NCBI GenBank assembly: GCA_002633005.1
Contig: NMRA01000010.1
Location: 67,765-131,764 of the forward strand
DNA from: Phoronis australis
Taxonomy: Eukaryota > Animalia > Phoronida
Direction of reading: 5' to 3'
Length of the DNA stretch: 64,000 nucleotides
The notes below the pieces were generated by a model. The model was not told the origin of the DNA and made no database searches. It saw only the letters and a program-made list of their open reading frames with translations. Shown here piece by piece: positions 59,521 to 64,000 of the stretch (within the stretch, counting starts at the first letter, position 1; each line of letters opens with the position of its first letter). The position numbers and the translations under genes were made by a program.

Positions 59521-62500
59521 TGTCATGTTCAAAGCATCCCAGTTCCAGTAATATGCAGTCTTTGGGGACCAAAGTGGTGTCATTTTATAGCTAAAGAGTT
59601 AATATTTCAAACATAATGCTTGGATACGACATAACCTGAACATTTACTTTTGAAGTCACGTTTGAAATCACGTTAAACTGTGCTAAAACAGTTGTCCCTT
59701 CCTGGTTATCTCTTCCTGATTGTACGAAAAGATCAAGCTATGTGTTGTAATGTTTCCAAGTATTTTGCACCAAATTAAACGACCTATTGTCGTCTATACC
59801 AGTACGGGACACACACTCGACAGCCGTCCGTATTGGAATCGCGCAGCGTTCACACCTTCGGCTTCAAAAAGACAGGAATGGAAAGTTTCTAACATCAAAG
59901 TTTTTGTATCAAACAAATTACACTATATAATAAACATTGTGAAATTGCTAATAACAATTCAGACGAAGCATTTTGTTTTTCCGGCTGTTTCGACGGCTCC
60001 AGTCACACTACCGAGGATTCCCATACGGGCCCGTATTAGAATATGTGCTAAATAATTGAATAAAAATTCTAAAGGTAGTGATTTTGATGGATTTTAATCA
60101 TTAACTGACATGAAATGAAAAATTAATGTTTCCTTGATTTTCTACGTATTTTGCACTAAATTAAATGGCCAGTCATTTCTGATTGCAATACTCTGAAGAC
60201 ACGGTGAAAGCCAAATTCGTTGTAACGATGATGTCATAGACTTCGATTAGTGCAAGCGCCGTCTCAAGTTTTTTTGGCGCTAAATGGGGTTCGTGATGGG
60301 GCTACTGTATTGTCGAAGGCCTACTTAATTAACGACGACGGTATGCTATGACCCAGTATTTTGATGTTTTTCATCAATAAATGTATTTTAGATTTAAAAA
60401 TAGTCATTTTGGCACCATACTTGGCCTTTAAAGAAGCAGTGGCATGGTCCCGTTTTCAGATGGATTGGACGTTTTTGGGCCATCTAGTGGCCATTTTATG
60501 AAACAAATAAACAACCCTAGAAGCACACCGTTTGCGGTGCATTCGTGGTCGCATTTCAGCGCTCCGCGTTGCTCTTGTTTGAGCAAGCAGGTGAAAATTT
60601 TTGTTCAGCGTAATTATAGCCATTGACCACCCATTTTCTCCTTGACTGTAACTTGTGTCAAAGAATCGGAAGAACCGATGAATAGTTAAATTAATTATTG
60701 TTTGGTGAATTAGATCGCCAATGGTTGGAAAAAGATTGGTTAAAATTTTCGTTATTTTATTAACAATTAATTTGATTTAACACAGTGGAAATGTTTATCA
60801 ACGTACACGGGATTATTTGAGTGAATTTTTCCGCGTAAATTCCAAGGTTACGCCGCACGCGATCTTGAGATTGCTCAAGATTGCAACTTCACGTAAAACA
60901 GCGCCAGCTAGGGACGGTCACTCTCTGTTAGTGAGTCAAATCCACCGATAACCAATATAACCACAGCTGGTGAAAACGCACATACTAATAACTTCATAAA
61001 AATCCATTTTGAAAACATGTATTCGATTTTTGTCGGCTTTTTCTTTCATTGTAGACTACGTGGCCTAGCTAGGTTGTCTTTCTTCGTCAGTCAGTATCTC
61101 AGTACTCCAAGCATTTCAAAGGCCATCGCTTAGGGGTTGAAGAACGTGTAAATAGGTGTTCGTTCATTGCTGTGTTGACTGAATTAAACCTGACAGCTGC
61201 TCCATTCATGTTGCATAGCATTTTCTGCACTCGCGCCCGAAGACTCGTCTACACAGAATACAAACTGACAGGTTTCGTGAAAAGGTTAGGAGAATTAAGC
61301 CTTTGATCACGTGACCGCATTTCCGATACAATGCACTAGTTTGGAGATGCATGGAGTACGAAATTGGACGTCATATCAACGAGTATGAGGTATTTACTGT
61401 ATTAAACATCACAGACCTAGGCATTTAAGCTTGAATTAACACACGTACATGAAATGTTATGGTGGATTATTCGCCACTACCTGTGATAGACGTATGTACT
61501 CGCCAGCCTAGAATGCTTCAAAGGCATCAGTTTCCCTCATGTGTGGATAGCCATTGTTACGATATCTGGATTTCATACAAATTACCGTCTATTCTATTTA
61601 CGCGACCTTGACACTAATACATTCGCAGTCGTTATAGGAATCTGCCGATAAAAATCGCCACTTAAATATCTACAACAGACAGTAGCATTACTTTCTCCTT
61701 GACCCATGTCCTTAGCTATATAATTACTACCATAACATTATATATTCAACTGACCCAGACAGTTAACGGGCTCTCCAAGCAATAAGTCGTCCATAGATCC
61801 TTACGTAATATGATCAAAAGGTTTTGTCGAAATCGTTGGTGAGTATTGCGAATGGATAACCCGAATCGATCAACTCATGGCGAAAAGCACTCGCATGCAC
61901 GCATGTGCTTGTTTCATTGGACAACTACTAAGTAAATAAGAAATAGGGTCACGAGGGTTTGACTTGTAATTTCCACTGGCCTTCTACATTCTACCTGTGG
62001 TTGCTTGAGTTTGAAAGTACTCGTTTATAGACCAATTACACTGCACGTGTCTAGAGGTTCAGGCCAGCCTTGCCATATCCTGGCACTCTTTTGAATGTTT
62101 TGGGTAACTGAGGAGATCGAACATGTGACAAATGAGGAATTACAAGTAAGGGTAGGGTTTGGCTACCCGGGACTTTGGCTGGGTTTACGATTTTTCTTTG
62201 ACCAGTTTTGCATCAATGTTAATAAATGATGCGGGTTAATATGATAACAGCTATTATTAGCATTGGTGAGGAGAACCTCTTGTGTTTACAGCATAATTGT
62301 TTGTGAAAATAACATGTCAAAATTTCATAAATTCATTGTTGTGTCAGATGTTCCTTGGTGAAATTTCTACAATCTTGGTCCTGATTAGGTCTTTATTTCA
62401 CTATCACAGTTCAGTGAAATATGATATGGAAAAGACTGACGTTGTACGGGTGATGGATATATTGTAACTTTTTCTAAATATCACACTCTTGATTCTGACG

Positions 62501-63605
62501 TCATAAAATCGTGTGAAACGCATGGGGCTGCCAGCTGGCTTTTTATCGAATTAAAGACATCCGCTGAATAGACCACCAGAACTTGCTATAGTATTCTTAA
62601 TTTGTGACCTATGGTAAGAAAGTGTTGTCGTTATCAATTTTCTATCATAATAAGCACTGGGCTCACAGTTAAAATTAAGTTTAACTTCGTCTGTTTTTTG
62701 CGTCGGACAGGACATGCTGAGGAGATAATATTCCTCATAACCAGGTGAAGTTTCAGCGACCTGTTTTTCTGCTAAAAAACACCAACATTCATGTCGTGAA
62801 GAAATTGTATTCTTTTTCAGGATACCGAATACGCACTTAAAGTCATATGATCCGTTTGTAGACGTTTTAAAAACATCGTGAATCTGCATAAAAACCATTG
62901 AAACATACTCTCTGACACTTAATTAGAACTTTTCGTAAGTATGGAGTCGATCTGCTGCCTGTACATATTTTTTCTTTTATTTTTTATTTTCTTAAAATCT
63001 GCTTGATCAAAACAAACGAATGTTGCCCATAATGCAGTGCGGTTTGACCTTTCGGCAACTAATCAGCTGTTTCCGGTACTGCTCCGAAGAAGAGAAGTTC
63101 ACCTTAACCAGGTAATTTATTTGTTTCTTGAACATTTTGAAGACGATATTGCTCCCTGTATGAGCTGAACAGTCTAACTATTACTCTTAGAATTAGATGA
63201 AACCATTACCTGTGGGAAAATTACGTACTCAATTTGATAGTAATCGTTGTGATCGAGTCGAGGGAGTCTGCAGTGGTACCCAGCCAGCTAGCGGTATCAA
63301 AATACAGCTAGGTACCACTGTGTTTTTCTTCAATAGAGCCCGAAATTCACACAGTCAGGGTAATATATTTAGTATACAGATTTGTACCAAGGATAGCCCT
63401 AGCCCTATCAATGGAGTGTAATGTTATTGTGGTTGGGTAGACCCTGTTTGTCACTCGATGGTCGTGAGTTGAATTTCTACCTGCTGGCAGTTTTCAGACT
63501 TAGGACTTGAATTGCAAAACTATTCATGGTTTTTCATTGCCATAAGAAAATCATCGTCTATCACCAGGGACTCTATATACACACTCTACTTGTATATTGT
63601 ACTAG

Positions 63606-63889
63606 CAGGGGCACATTGGAGGATTTAAGGGGGGGGGGCCAAGAGGGCCATGGCCCCCCTAAAATTCTCCCAGATACCATTTGGCAGTTTGGGGTGCAAA
63701 TTGCTGATTAGCACATGCACCTTGAACAAACCCTGTTTACCGTTTATGTTTTTTTTAGTAATAAGATCCACAAACCCAAAAATTCGACACCCCCGCATTC
63801 CTACATCAGGCTGGGCTCACGCACGTTGCAAAATTCTGGTTATTCCTGTGCCCTGGCCCTCCTAACTCAAAATACTGGATTCGCCCCTG
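63606..63889. mobile_element. CAGGGGC...GCCCCTG MITE (hAT-like ends)
   Basis: Terminal CAGGGGC and GCCCCTG with internal GGGGGGCC..GGCCCCCC palindrome; TSD not evident. Confidence 0.5.
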
Positions 63890-64000
63890 GGGCAGATCCA
63901 GGATTTTGAGTTGGGGGAACAGGACAGAGTATTGACCAGGATTTAGTTCACCAAACATTTGCACCCCCGAACTGCCAAATGGGAACTGTGAGAATTTTAG

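Overview
Eukaryotic, AT-rich, repeat-dense animal genomic DNA; a marine invertebrate deuterostome is my guess from repeat style only. The one clearly supported gene is a + strand, 14-coding-exon gene (CDS 9331-38640, about 808 aa by my hand reconstruction, all GT-AG junctions phase-compatible). It encodes a CNBD2/CRIS-like protein with two cyclic-nucleotide-binding domains, the second split by a long insertion, and has an RFX X-box-like motif upstream. The rest is intronic or intergenic DNA filled with non-autonomous DNA transposons (Kolobok-like TTAA elements with THAP remnants, hAT- and Harbinger-like MITEs, Helentron/HINE-like elements), LINE and SINE fragments, and tandem repeats. The most unusual observations are a 68-bp tandem repeat that copies an exon's splice donor four extra times, two independently deleted copies of one Kolobok-like element inside the gene, and a MITE whose 5-bp target duplication can be checked against the empty paralogous site. 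No CRISPR array, prokaryotic system or demonstrably new biological system was found. No database searches were run; family names come from motif recognition.
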